This document shows positions 30,629-39,278 of a stretch of DNA of 63,670 nucleotides, in pieces. Within the stretch, counting starts at the first letter, position 1; each line of letters opens with the position of its first letter. The stretch spans positions 1 through 63,670 of the forward strand of contig JAGGYA010000007.1 in NCBI GenBank assembly GCA_021162785.1, read 5' to 3'. Under the pieces are notes generated by a model. It saw only the letters and a program-made list of their open reading frames with translations, was not told where the DNA came from and ran no database searches. The stretch is from Candidatus Calescamantes bacterium. GTDB lineage: Bacteria > CAIJMQ01 > JAADFP01. The position numbers were made by a program, and so were the translations under genes.

Positions 30629-31719
30629 GAAGCGAAGGTTACTGGACAAGGTTTCTCCAAACTATCAAAAGACTTCCTAAGGAAAGAATAGAAAAAAATG
30701 TAGCCACCCTTATAGAAGAAAGAAATTTGCTTAAGAAAGTTCTGGACAAGGCAAGGGTAGGAATAATGATTTTGGATGAAAAGGGAGAAATTCTTTATCA
30801 AAATCCTTACATGGAAAAAATTCCCTTAAAAGAATGGAAAGAAGGAAAATCTCTTATAAAAGAGATATTGAAGAAAAGAGAATGGGAAGGTGAAATATCC
30901 AAGAATGGAACCGCTCCCCGATATTTCTGGCTCTGGAAAACTACCTGGAACAACATTCATCTCCTCACCTTTTTAGAAGTCACCGAGAAGAAAAAAGAAG
31001 AGGAAGAAAAATTCCTTAACCAGAAATTCTCCTCTTTTCATTATCTTTCTGCAGGAGTAGCACACGAGGTGGGGAACCCATTAAATGCATTGAAAATACA
31101 TACCCAGCTTCTTCAAAGAGCATTATCTGTAAAAGATTTGGAAAAAGTGGAGAAACACGCAAAGATTCTGGAAGAGGAGATAGAAAGACTGGAGAAAATC
31201 ATAAAAAACTTCCTTACCGCTTTAAGACCCGTCAGCCTCAATAAAAAGGAAATGCGAGTTGAAGATATCCTCCTTTCCACAATGGAACTGTTAGCTCCCT
31301 CGTTTGAAAAAAAGGGAGTGAAATATATCTTGGAATTTTCTCCTAACACTCCTTCCATTTTAATTGATGGAGAAAAAATGAAACAGGTATTTATAAATCT
31401 TCTTCAAAATGCTTTAGAAGCAACCCCTAAGGGGAAAAAGGTAGTCATCACTACAGGGGAAGAAAAGGGGATGGTATACACAGTTATAATGGATGAGGGA
31501 GAAGGAATTCCTCAAGAGCACATAAACAGAATTTTTGAACCTTTCTTTTCCACCCGTCCTAAGGGTTCTGGTTTAGGGCTGGTCATTGCTCATAAAATCG
31601 TAAAGGCTCATGGGGGTGAGATAAAAGTCAAGAGCAAACCAGGAGAAGGGTCTACATTCATAGTGTATATCCCTATGGAAAGGAAAGAAATCAAACTACC
31701 TGTGCTTAAAGAAAAATGA
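30625..31719 (+). CDS. Sensor histidine kinase (PAS-HisKA-HATPase_c; NtrB-like, cytoplasmic)
   Basis: H-box SAGVAHEVGNPLNAL, N-box QNALEA and G-boxes DEGEGI / GSGLGL. No TM segments. Confidence 0.85.
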   Translation: MRSEGYWTRFLQTIKRLPKERIEKNVATLIEERNLLKKVLDKARVGIMILDEKGEILYQNPYMEKIPLKEWKEGKSLIKEILKKREWEGEISKNGTAPRYFWLWKTTWNNIHLLTFLEVTEKKKEEEEKFLNQKFSSFHYLSAGVAHEVGNPLNALKIHTQLLQRALSVKDLEKVEKHAKILEEEIERLEKIIKNFLTALRPVSLNKKEMRVEDILLSTMELLAPSFEKKGVKYILEFSPNTPSILIDGEKMKQVFINLLQNALEATPKGKKVVITTGEEKGMVYTVIMDEGEGIPQEHINRIFEPFFSTRPKGSGLGLVIAHKIVKAHGGEIKVKSKPGEGSTFIVYIPMERKEIKLPVLKEK

Positions 31720-33071
31720 AAGAAGAAATTCTCCTTATAGAAGACGATACCCGTGCACGAGAAGGGCTTAAAATTGCCCTGGAAGAAGAGGGTTACTCGG
31801 TAATTGAGGCTTCCACAGGAGAAGAGGGGCTCAAATGGATAAAAAGAAAACACATCCCTCTTCTCATCACTGATCTTAAATTACCGGGGATAAACGGGAT
31901 GGAAGTGTTGAAGAAAACTTTAAAAATTTCTCCTTCTACAGAAGTCATTATACTTACCGCTTATGGAACAGTGGAAAATGCAGTAGAGGCAATGAAGGAA
32001 GGAGCCTACCATTACTTAACTAAACCTATAAACTTAGATGAGTTTCTTATTGTGGTAAAGAAAGCTCTCGACCACTATCGACTGAAAGAAAAAGTTGAAC
32101 TCTTAGAAAAGGAACTGGAGGAAAGATACAGTTTCGAAAATATAATTGGGACTTCCCGAAAAATGAGGGAAGTTTTCCAGACAATTACTCAGGTAGCTCC
32201 TACTAAAGCACCCGTATTAATTACTGGGGAAAGCGGTACGGGGAAAGAACTCGTGGCGAGGGCTATTCATCGTCGAAGTGACAGAAAAGATAAACCATTT
32301 GTGGTTATCCATTGTGGAGCTATAGTTACTACTCTTCTGGAAAGCGAACTTTTTGGGCATGAAAAGGGTGCTTTTACAGGAGCAATAGAATCCAAACCAG
32401 GGAGATTTGAATTGGCGGATGGGGGAACCATCTTCTTAGATGAAGTTAGCGAAATAGAACCTTCTGTTCAGGTAAAACTCTTAAGAGTTCTTCAGGAACA
32501 GGAATTTGAAAGAGTGGGTGGTGTAAAAACTATCAAAGTTGATGTAAGAATTTTAAGCGCTACAAATGTTAACTTAGAAGAAAGAGTAAAAGAAGGGAAA
32601 TTCCGGGAAGACCTCTATTACCGTTTAAAAGTTATAACTATTCACCTCCCTCCATTGAGAGAGAGGAAAGAAGATATACCCCTTCTCGTTCATGCTTTTA
32701 TTAAGGAAGCGAGCGAAGCTAATCGCAAAGAGATAAAAGGGATTACCTCCCGAGCTCTCACTATCTTAATGAATTATCACTGGCCTGGTAATGTTCGAGA
32801 ATTAAAAAATGTTATTGAAAGTATGGTAATTCTGGCCAAAAAAGATGTGCTTACTGTAAACGATATCCCTCCCTATATCCGTTGTCCGGGGGAAAAAGAA
32901 GATTATGTAACCATTAAATTAGGGACTCCTTGGCACGAAATTGAAAAAGAACTGATTTTTGCAGCATTGAGAAAAAGTGGTGGAAATAAGAGTAAAGCTG
33001 CAGAAATTCTGGGCCTCTCACGCAGGACTCTCTATCGCAAACTAAGGGAATTAAAAGGAGAAAACAAATGA
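31716..33071 (+). CDS. Sigma-54-dependent response regulator (NtrC/AtoC family)
   Basis: REC domain (DLKLPG), AAA+ domain (GESGTGKE, GAFTGA, ELFGHEKGAFTG) and C-terminal Fis-type HTH (AAEILGLSRRTLYRKL). Confidence 0.92.
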   Translation: MKEEILLIEDDTRAREGLKIALEEEGYSVIEASTGEEGLKWIKRKHIPLLITDLKLPGINGMEVLKKTLKISPSTEVIILTAYGTVENAVEAMKEGAYHYLTKPINLDEFLIVVKKALDHYRLKEKVELLEKELEERYSFENIIGTSRKMREVFQTITQVAPTKAPVLITGESGTGKELVARAIHRRSDRKDKPFVVIHCGAIVTTLLESELFGHEKGAFTGAIESKPGRFELADGGTIFLDEVSEIEPSVQVKLLRVLQEQEFERVGGVKTIKVDVRILSATNVNLEERVKEGKFREDLYYRLKVITIHLPPLRERKEDIPLLVHAFIKEASEANRKEIKGITSRALTILMNYHWPGNVRELKNVIESMVILAKKDVLTVNDIPPYIRCPGEKEDYVTIKLGTPWHEIEKELIFAALRKSGGNKSKAAEILGLSRRTLYRKLRELKGENK

Positions 33072-33538
33072 GTAAAAACCGGATTCTTTACACCGAAGTA
33101 AAGGACATGATAATTATTAGAATAGAAGGGAAAGGAAGCTGGGTGGAGAGTAAACCTTTCCTTGATTTTGCTGAGACACAACTTAAAAAAGGCAAAAAGA
33201 TAGTAGTGGATCTCAGTGATTGTGAATTGTTAGATTCCACATTTCTGGGGACTCTTGCTTACCTTTCCCTCAACTATTCCGGAATAGAAATTTCTTCTCC
33301 TGGTAAAGAGGTAAAAAGAGCCATTACCACCCTTGGACTCACAAAAATTCTGAGAGAAACAAAAATTAAAATTCCAGAAGAAAAGGGAAAGGAATTAGAA
33401 AAACATAAATTATCCCCCGAGGAGAGAGCCAAAATTCTGATGAAAGCTCATCGCACATTGATAAGTATTGAACCAGCCAATTTACCCCAATTCAAAGATC
33501 TTTTAGAACTGGTGGAAAAGGAAAATGAAAAGGAATAA
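33068..33538 (+). CDS. STAS-domain (anti-sigma-antagonist-like) protein
   Basis: 156 aa. VVDLSDCELLDSTFLGTL resembles the STAS core with a Ser/Thr at the phosphorylatable position. Carries a C-terminal extension of about 45 aa. Confidence 0.55.
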   Translation: MSKNRILYTEVKDMIIIRIEGKGSWVESKPFLDFAETQLKKGKKIVVDLSDCELLDSTFLGTLAYLSLNYSGIEISSPGKEVKRAITTLGLTKILRETKIKIPEEKGKELEKHKLSPEERAKILMKAHRTLISIEPANLPQFKDLLELVEKENEKE

Positions 33539-35030
33539 AACTCCTTTATTTCTGGGTTTACTGGTCTGGTTGATAGGAAGTATTGCCTTTTTACTTCAAA
33601 TGTCCCTAACTTTTTATCTCTCCCATCTTCTCCTCTTCTTCCTTCTAATATTCTCTCTTTTACAAACCTCCCGCCAGGAAAAAACTCTCACTTACTTAGA
33701 GAAAGAAAGGGAGAGCCTGACTTTAAGATTGGAGGACAAGGAAAGGATTGCGGAAATATTTGAAGACATCAGCCGGCTATATGACAAATTTGTGGAAAAA
33801 ATCGACTTCCCAAAATTGATAGAAGAAACCCTTAACTGCACAGGAAGAATCCTTGAGTCCGACTTGCTTGTTGTTGCAGTGAGAATAAAAGATGTTTGGG
33901 AAAAAGAAATCAAAAGTGGTGATGAAAGTGCCTTCCTTCCAAAAGAAGTAAAGGAATATCTCTTTACCCAGTGGAAAGAACTCCTTCTGGATGACCTTTC
34001 TAACTACCCTCCTTTTCATTTAATGAAAAAGCAAGGCTTTAATCGTATGCTTTCCACTCCTTTACACACAAAAGGTACCATTTATGGATTTATTGCTGGG
34101 TTTAACTACACCCGTAACTTCCACCCTAACCAACAATTTCTCCTTTCTACCCTTGCCCATCACATTGCTCTTTTAATAGAAAATACTCAACTTTTGGAGA
34201 AAATTAAGAAAGTATCCCTAAGAAGAGAAACAGGTAAAGTGGAAGACTTAAAGGAACTGGAGAGGAGATTGGAAATTGAGAAAAAGGTGGAGGAAAGAGA
34301 ATTGGAGCTGGCCCGTCAAATCCAACAAAAACTTCTCCCTTTCCCTTTACCAGAGCTTCCAGGATGGGAAATTGATGCCTTAGCAGTTCAGTCCTTGGAA
34401 GTGGGAGGGGATTACTTTGACATCTTTCCTCTCCGAAAAAACAAATGGGGAGTAGTGATGGTGGATGTTTCTGGGAAGGGAGTTCCAGCTGCATTAATAA
34501 TGGTTATGTTACGGACCGCACTTCATACCTTATCTCCCACAAAAAAAGAAAATCCTAAAACCACCTTAGAATATCTCAACCAGTATCTCTTTAGGGAAAC
34601 GGAAAAACATATCTTTGTCTCTATTCTTTATGCCATTTTCCATCCTGAAGAAGGGAAAATAGAACTTTTAAATGCGGGTGGGGAATATCCCATTATATAC
34701 AGAAGCAAACAAAAAAAGATTGAAATGATAAAAGAAGGAGGATTAGTCTTGGGTCTGGTGGAAAATTGGGAAAACAGTGAGGTAAAAAAGGTATTTCTTG
34801 AAGAGGGAGACCTTTTCTTCCTCTACACTGATGGATTGATTGAAACCTTAAGTCCAGAAGGTGAAATTTATGGTGAGGAAAGGCTGGAAGAGTTCTTGAA
34901 AAGAAAAGGTGAATTAAGGGTTAGTGAATTACTCAAAGAATTGGAGAAGGAGATCAAAGGTTTCAGCTGGAGTGAACCCTTAGTAGATGACATCACGGTG
35001 CTTGCTTTAAAACGGAAGAGCAAAAAGTGA
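33525..35030 (+). CDS. Membrane-anchored GAF + PP2C/SpoIIE-family serine phosphatase (RsbU-like)
   Basis: N-terminal TM helices and a GAF-like middle region. PP2C motifs ARQIQQKLLP, GGDYFD, DVSGKG, YTDG and DDITVL. Confidence 0.8.
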   Translation: MKRNKTPLFLGLLVWLIGSIAFLLQMSLTFYLSHLLLFFLLIFSLLQTSRQEKTLTYLEKERESLTLRLEDKERIAEIFEDISRLYDKFVEKIDFPKLIEETLNCTGRILESDLLVVAVRIKDVWEKEIKSGDESAFLPKEVKEYLFTQWKELLLDDLSNYPPFHLMKKQGFNRMLSTPLHTKGTIYGFIAGFNYTRNFHPNQQFLLSTLAHHIALLIENTQLLEKIKKVSLRRETGKVEDLKELERRLEIEKKVEERELELARQIQQKLLPFPLPELPGWEIDALAVQSLEVGGDYFDIFPLRKNKWGVVMVDVSGKGVPAALIMVMLRTALHTLSPTKKENPKTTLEYLNQYLFRETEKHIFVSILYAIFHPEEGKIELLNAGGEYPIIYRSKQKKIEMIKEGGLVLGLVENWENSEVKKVFLEEGDLFFLYTDGLIETLSPEGEIYGEERLEEFLKRKGELRVSELLKELEKEIKGFSWSEPLVDDITVLALKRKSKK

Positions 35031-35608
35031 AAGAAATTTTTTCCTTATTTTTCCCTCTATTTGTGGCAGTGGACCCCATAGGAATCCTCCCACTTTTCAT
35101 TTCTCTCACCGCCTCTTTGGATCAAAAACAAAGAAGGAAAATAATCCGTGACTCCTTCCTTACAGCTTCTTTACTGGGGACTCTTTTCATTGCCGGAGGC
35201 AGGTTAATTTTCCAATTCTTAAGGCTCACTCCCCAAGATTTCATGATTGCCGGTGGAATTCTTCTTTTCTCCATCTCCCTTCTCGACCTTATTTCCACAA
35301 TAGAAAAACCCTTAAGAAGAGGAGGAGAGGATATAGGGGTTGTCCCCCTTGGTATTCCTTTAATGGTGGGACCAGCAGTTTTAACAATATCCCTCATTCA
35401 AGTTGAAAAATTTGGAATTTTCCCAACGATTGTTTCCCTTATTGTGAATCTTGGAATAGCAGCCTTTCTTTTCTTTCTTTCAGACAAACTCCTTAAACTT
35501 TTGGGACGAGGGGGAATGAGAGCCCTTTCAAAAATCTCTTCCCTTTTCTTAGCTGCTATTGGAATAATGATAACCCGACAGGGTATTATGGGGATAATAA
35601 ATTACTGA
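35027..35608 (+). CDS. MarC family (UPF0056) integral membrane protein
   Basis: 193 aa, six hydrophobic segments, FVAVDPIG N-terminal motif. GTG start overlaps the upstream stop. Confidence 0.8.
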   Translation: MKEIFSLFFPLFVAVDPIGILPLFISLTASLDQKQRRKIIRDSFLTASLLGTLFIAGGRLIFQFLRLTPQDFMIAGGILLFSISLLDLISTIEKPLRRGGEDIGVVPLGIPLMVGPAVLTISLIQVEKFGIFPTIVSLIVNLGIAAFLFFLSDKLLKLLGRGGMRALSKISSLFLAAIGIMITRQGIMGIINY

Positions 35609-36913
35609 TTACTTCAAAGAGGGGACAAATTCCTTTTCTGCTTCCAGCAGTTCATCCAACATTCTTTTAGCCTCTTCCAGAGAACAGACTGCAGAAGTAA
35701 GAGGATCAAGGAGTAAAGCCTGAAGAATCTTCTCATAACTTTTCTCCAATATCCCCTCCACAGTGAGTTCATACACAGCCATATTTGAGCGACAGAGAGC
35801 AGCACACTGGGGTGGTAACTCACCAAAGTAGGTTGGGGTGACTCCTTTTCCATCCACCAAACAGGCAACCTCCACAACTTGATCCTGAGGGAGATTAGCA
35901 ATAAATCCCTTATTTAACACATTTCCATAGATAACCTGGGGCCGGTCCAACATTACTCCTTCTATAATTTGTGATGCGTATTCATAACTACGTTCTGGCT
36001 TAACTTCTTCCTCCCCTTTAATTACTCTTTCTCTCCAAAGATCACATTCCTTTCTCCATTTCGGCCAATTCCGAGCATAAAACCCGCTCTCTCCCTTATA
36101 TCCTTCCCGGCAATATCTTTCAATCAGCTCCTTACGTTTCCTAAAATAAGGGAGATACTCAGAGAGATGACCACTCGATTCACTTACAAAGTAACCAAAG
36201 TAGAGCATAACTTCAAATCTCACGGGATCCTTTTCATATAGTTCTTTATCTTCCCTTACTTTCTTCTTTAGCAATGGATACATGTCTTCTCCTTTAAATC
36301 TGAGTTCTGTAAACCATGCCATATGATTTATTCCCGCACATTGCCAGCGGAGTTCTTCATAAGGGACATTCAAATATTCTGCAAGTTTCCGTGAAGTCCC
36401 CTGCACAGAATGACACAATCCCACCACTTTTAAAGAAGAAACCCGGAAGGCAGTGAGAGTCATTATAGACATAGGGTTAGTGTAATTAAGAACAATAGCC
36501 TCGGGAGCCAATTCCTCTATATCTTTGAGAATTTCCACCCAGGGAGGAACGGTTCGCAATGCCTTCATAATCCCCCCGGGGCCAATAGTATCACCGATAC
36601 ACTGATCCACTCCGTATTTAAGTGGAATCTCATAGTCAAATCTCACCGTCTCCAACCCTGAAACCTCAATGCAGTTAATTACAAAATCGCTTTTAGGAAG
36701 CGCTTTTCTCCTATCGGTTGTAGCAAAAACTCTCCAGTCCTTACCATATTTCTCGCGGATAACCTGGGTAGTTTTATATGAGAGTTTCAGCCTCTCTTCA
36801 TCTATATCCACAAGATAAAGTTCACCTTCACTCAATCCAGGAATTAAAAAAATATCCAAACTAAGTTTGGGAGCAAATGCACTACCTGCTCCAAGAAATG
36901 TAACCTTCACCAT
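35609..36913 (-). CDS. Glycoside hydrolase family 4 (alpha-glucosidase/alpha-galactosidase type)
   Basis: Start set at ATG 36913, behind AAGGAGGG, giving MVKVTFLGAGSAF (NAD fold). Contains GLCHSVQGT and NH.AW motifs. The ORF-track extension to 37093 overlaps nadD and is not credible. Confidence 0.85.
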   Translation of the reverse strand: MVKVTFLGAGSAFAPKLSLDIFLIPGLSEGELYLVDIDEERLKLSYKTTQVIREKYGKDWRVFATTDRRKALPKSDFVINCIEVSGLETVRFDYEIPLKYGVDQCIGDTIGPGGIMKALRTVPPWVEILKDIEELAPEAIVLNYTNPMSIMTLTAFRVSSLKVVGLCHSVQGTSRKLAEYLNVPYEELRWQCAGINHMAWFTELRFKGEDMYPLLKKKVREDKELYEKDPVRFEVMLYFGYFVSESSGHLSEYLPYFRKRKELIERYCREGYKGESGFYARNWPKWRKECDLWRERVIKGEEEVKPERSYEYASQIIEGVMLDRPQVIYGNVLNKGFIANLPQDQVVEVACLVDGKGVTPTYFGELPPQCAALCRSNMAVYELTVEGILEKSYEKILQALLLDPLTSAVCSLEEAKRMLDELLEAEKEFVPSLK

Positions 36914-37005
36914 ATCCTTACCCTCCTTTTTAGGAAGGAAATTATAACAGAAAAGCATCAAATAATTGCAAAAATAAAATAGGTGTGATAAAAACTTCTT
37001 AATCC

Positions 37006-37596
37006 ATGCAAATAAAAATTGGGGTAATGGGAGGGAGTTTCGATCCTCCACATTATGCCCATTTATTTTTTGCTTTAGAAGCCTTAAAAACATTTAACCT
37101 AAAGAAAGTAATCTTCATCCCTACTTATATTTCACCTTTAAAAATAGAAGAAGAAGTTACTCCTCCCTATCATAGACTTCAAATGGCTCGGCTGGCTATA
37201 GAAGGCATAGAAGAATTTGAAGTTTCGGATATTGAAATAAGAAGGAAGGGAATTTCCTATACCGTGGATACTTTAAAGGAACTCAAAAAAATCCTAGGGG
37301 AAAATGTGCAAATTTATTTCTTAGCAGGAAGTGACTCTGCTTACACTCTTTCCTCATGGAAAAATCCGGAAGAGATTTTTTCTCTCTCTCATATGGTAGT
37401 ATTTGAACGTCCAGGTTATCCTCTGGAAAAAATCGAAAAAAAATTTCTGAAGAAAATCATTCCAGTAAAGACCTTACTTTTGGGAATATCTTCATCAGAA
37501 ATAAGAAAACGGGTTCGAGAAGGAAAACCTATTCGGTTTCTTGTTCCACCACCTGTAGAAAAATACATTTATCAGAACAAACTCTACCAAAGATGA
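37006..37596 (+). CDS. nadD: Nicotinate-nucleotide adenylyltransferase
   Basis: 196 aa; GVMGGSFDPPHYAH, ISSSEIR. Confidence 0.9.
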   Translation: MQIKIGVMGGSFDPPHYAHLFFALEALKTFNLKKVIFIPTYISPLKIEEEVTPPYHRLQMARLAIEGIEEFEVSDIEIRRKGISYTVDTLKELKKILGENVQIYFLAGSDSAYTLSSWKNPEEIFSLSHMVVFERPGYPLEKIEKKFLKKIIPVKTLLLGISSSEIRKRVREGKPIRFLVPPPVEKYIYQNKLYQR

Positions 37597-37772
37597 AAAA
37601 ATCAGGTTCTGGAAAAAATTCAAAGATATTCCCTCAAAAAAAATGTGAAGTTCTCATCAAAGTCAAAGCCTGTGCCATCTCGGGTACTGATTTAAAAGTG
37701 TTCCATTACCAACATCACCGCGTCAGCCTCTCTTCCATTTTTCGGCGAACATGCTCCCATGGCAAAAACTAA
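37593..37772 (+). pseudogene. Stub of a Zn-dependent (MDR/GroES-like) alcohol dehydrogenase gene
   Basis: 59-codon ORF (ATGA overlap with nadD). ..CEVLIKVKACAISGTDLKV.. matches the ADH N-terminal strand-turn (usually ACGICGTD), then degenerates and stops 14 nt before MITE copy C. The rest of the gene is absent. Confidence 0.35.
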
Positions 37773-37785
37773 AAAGTAAATTTAA

Positions 37786-38059
37786 CTCAAAAATCACAAT
37801 AGAAGATGAAAGGGGAAAAGATGAGAAAGAGGGAAGAATAATTAAAAACTAAGGATAGAAACATCATTTTAATCACAAAATCCTTGCCTGGTAGATAATT
37901 TTTCCTCTTTTGAATTTCATCCTAAAGGAATTTTGTTGTGTCATCTTCTCATCTCCTTTGTTTTCCCTTCACCCGTTGGGTAAAGGGTTTTTTATTCTTC
38001 CCGCCCAATTATATCTCTCCTTTTAAGGTTTTTGATCCTTTCTATTGCGATTTTTGGGT
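37786..38059 (-). mobile_element. MITE-like repeat, copy C (inverted relative to A/B; 55-bp internal insertion)
   Basis: Ends CTCAAAAATCACAATAGAA ... TTCTATTGCGATTTTTGGGT. Collinear with the reverse complement of copies A and B, apart from extra DNA at 37910-37964. Confidence 0.7.
37965..37996 (+). terminator. Intrinsic terminator inside MITE copy C (downstream of nadD)
   Basis: CCCTTCACCC-GTT-GGGTAAAGGG (one mismatch) followed by TTTTTTATT on the plus strand. Confidence 0.5.
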
Positions 38060-38129
38060 CAGATACAATCTCTTGACAGGGATTAATACCTCTGGTATTC
38101 TTACCCATCCCAAATAAAAGGGGGCAAAG

Positions 38130-39278
38130 ATGCGGAAAAAATTTCTTTTTACACCCGGTCCTACCCCTCTGCCTCCTGAGGTGCAGGAAGCACTTTCCCG
38201 TCCCATTATTCACCATCGAACCACTGATTATCAGGAGATATTTGCGGAAGTTAATGAGGGGTTAAAGTACATTTTCCAGACACAGAATCCTGTATTTACT
38301 TTTGCTTCCTCGGGGACGGGAGTAATGGAAGCTGCGGTGGTGAATCTCACCCGGGAGGGGGAGAAGGCTTTAGCTATTGTAGGGGGTAAGTTTGGTGAAC
38401 GGTGGAAAGAAATCCTTGAGGCATTTGGGAGAGAGTGCGTGTCTCTGGATGTGGAATGGGGTTCTGCACCGAGAGTAGAAGAAGTGGAAAAGATCCTTGA
38501 TGAGAACCCTGAAGTTGAGGTAGTTTTTGCTGCCCTTTGTGAAACCTCTACAGGGACAAAAATGGATATAAAATCGCTTGCAGAACTCTGTAATAAAAAA
38601 GGGAAAATTTTGGTGGTGGATGCGATAAGTGGTCTTGTAGCTATGGAGCTCAGGACAGATGAATGGGGTGTTGATGTGGTGGTAGCAGGTTCTCAGAAAG
38701 GAATTATGCTCCCGCCAGGGCTTGCTTTCTTAAGCATAAGTGAGAAGGCATGGAAGAAAATAGAAAATAACCATATTAAGGCTTATTACTTTGATCTTAA
38801 AAAAACAAGGAAAGCCTACGAAAAGACCGATACTCCTTTTACTCCTGCTGTGGGATTGATAGTCGCTTTGAGGGAGAGCTTGAAGATGATTAAGGAAGAA
38901 GGGCTGGAGAATATCTGGAGGAAATTTTCTCTTATCTCTTTTGCAGTGAGGGAAGCAGTCAAGACACTGGGGCTGGAAATTTTCTCTCGCTATCCTGCTG
39001 AGGCAGTGACTGCAGTGAAGGTTCCGGAGGGTATAGATGGTATTGAACTCTACAAAGCTATGAAAGACAGGATAGGGGTTCAAGTAGCAGGGGGACAGGC
39101 ACATTTAAAGGGGAAAATCATTCGAATAGCTCATATGGGATATATGGATTATACAGATGCAATTGTTGCCATTTCTGCTCTGGAAATGGCCCTTTCTATC
39201 CTGGGATATTCAGTTGAATTTGGGAAAGGTGTGGGGAAGGTTATGGAGATATTTATGAAGGAGGGTGTATTCAAGTGA
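38130..39278 (+). CDS. Class V aminotransferase (serine-glyoxylate / phosphoserine aminotransferase type)
   Basis: 382 aa; FTPGPT, SGTGVMEAA, PLP-lysine context GSQKG. Translationally coupled to serA, which suggests a phosphoserine aminotransferase role. TTGACA-17-TATTCT promoter at about 38084. Confidence 0.8.
   Translation: MRKKFLFTPGPTPLPPEVQEALSRPIIHHRTTDYQEIFAEVNEGLKYIFQTQNPVFTFASSGTGVMEAAVVNLTREGEKALAIVGGKFGERWKEILEAFGRECVSLDVEWGSAPRVEEVEKILDENPEVEVVFAALCETSTGTKMDIKSLAELCNKKGKILVVDAISGLVAMELRTDEWGVDVVVAGSQKGIMLPPGLAFLSISEKAWKKIENNHIKAYYFDLKKTRKAYEKTDTPFTPAVGLIVALRESLKMIKEEGLENIWRKFSLISFAVREAVKTLGLEIFSRYPAEAVTAVKVPEGIDGIELYKAMKDRIGVQVAGGQAHLKGKIIRIAHMGYMDYTDAIVAISALEMALSILGYSVEFGKGVGKVMEIFMKEGVFK

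Noticed and set aside
36914-37093. 60-codon N-terminal extension of the GH4 ORF, overlapping the nadD start
   Set aside because: MVKVTFLGAGSAF at 36913 is the conserved GH4 N-terminus and has a strong SD. The same reasoning was applied to ORF-track extensions at 24430 (trmD), 26052 (yraN), 46217 (leuS), 12288 (spoVS), 13194 (malic enzyme), 62238 (MNT) and 63038 (vapB).
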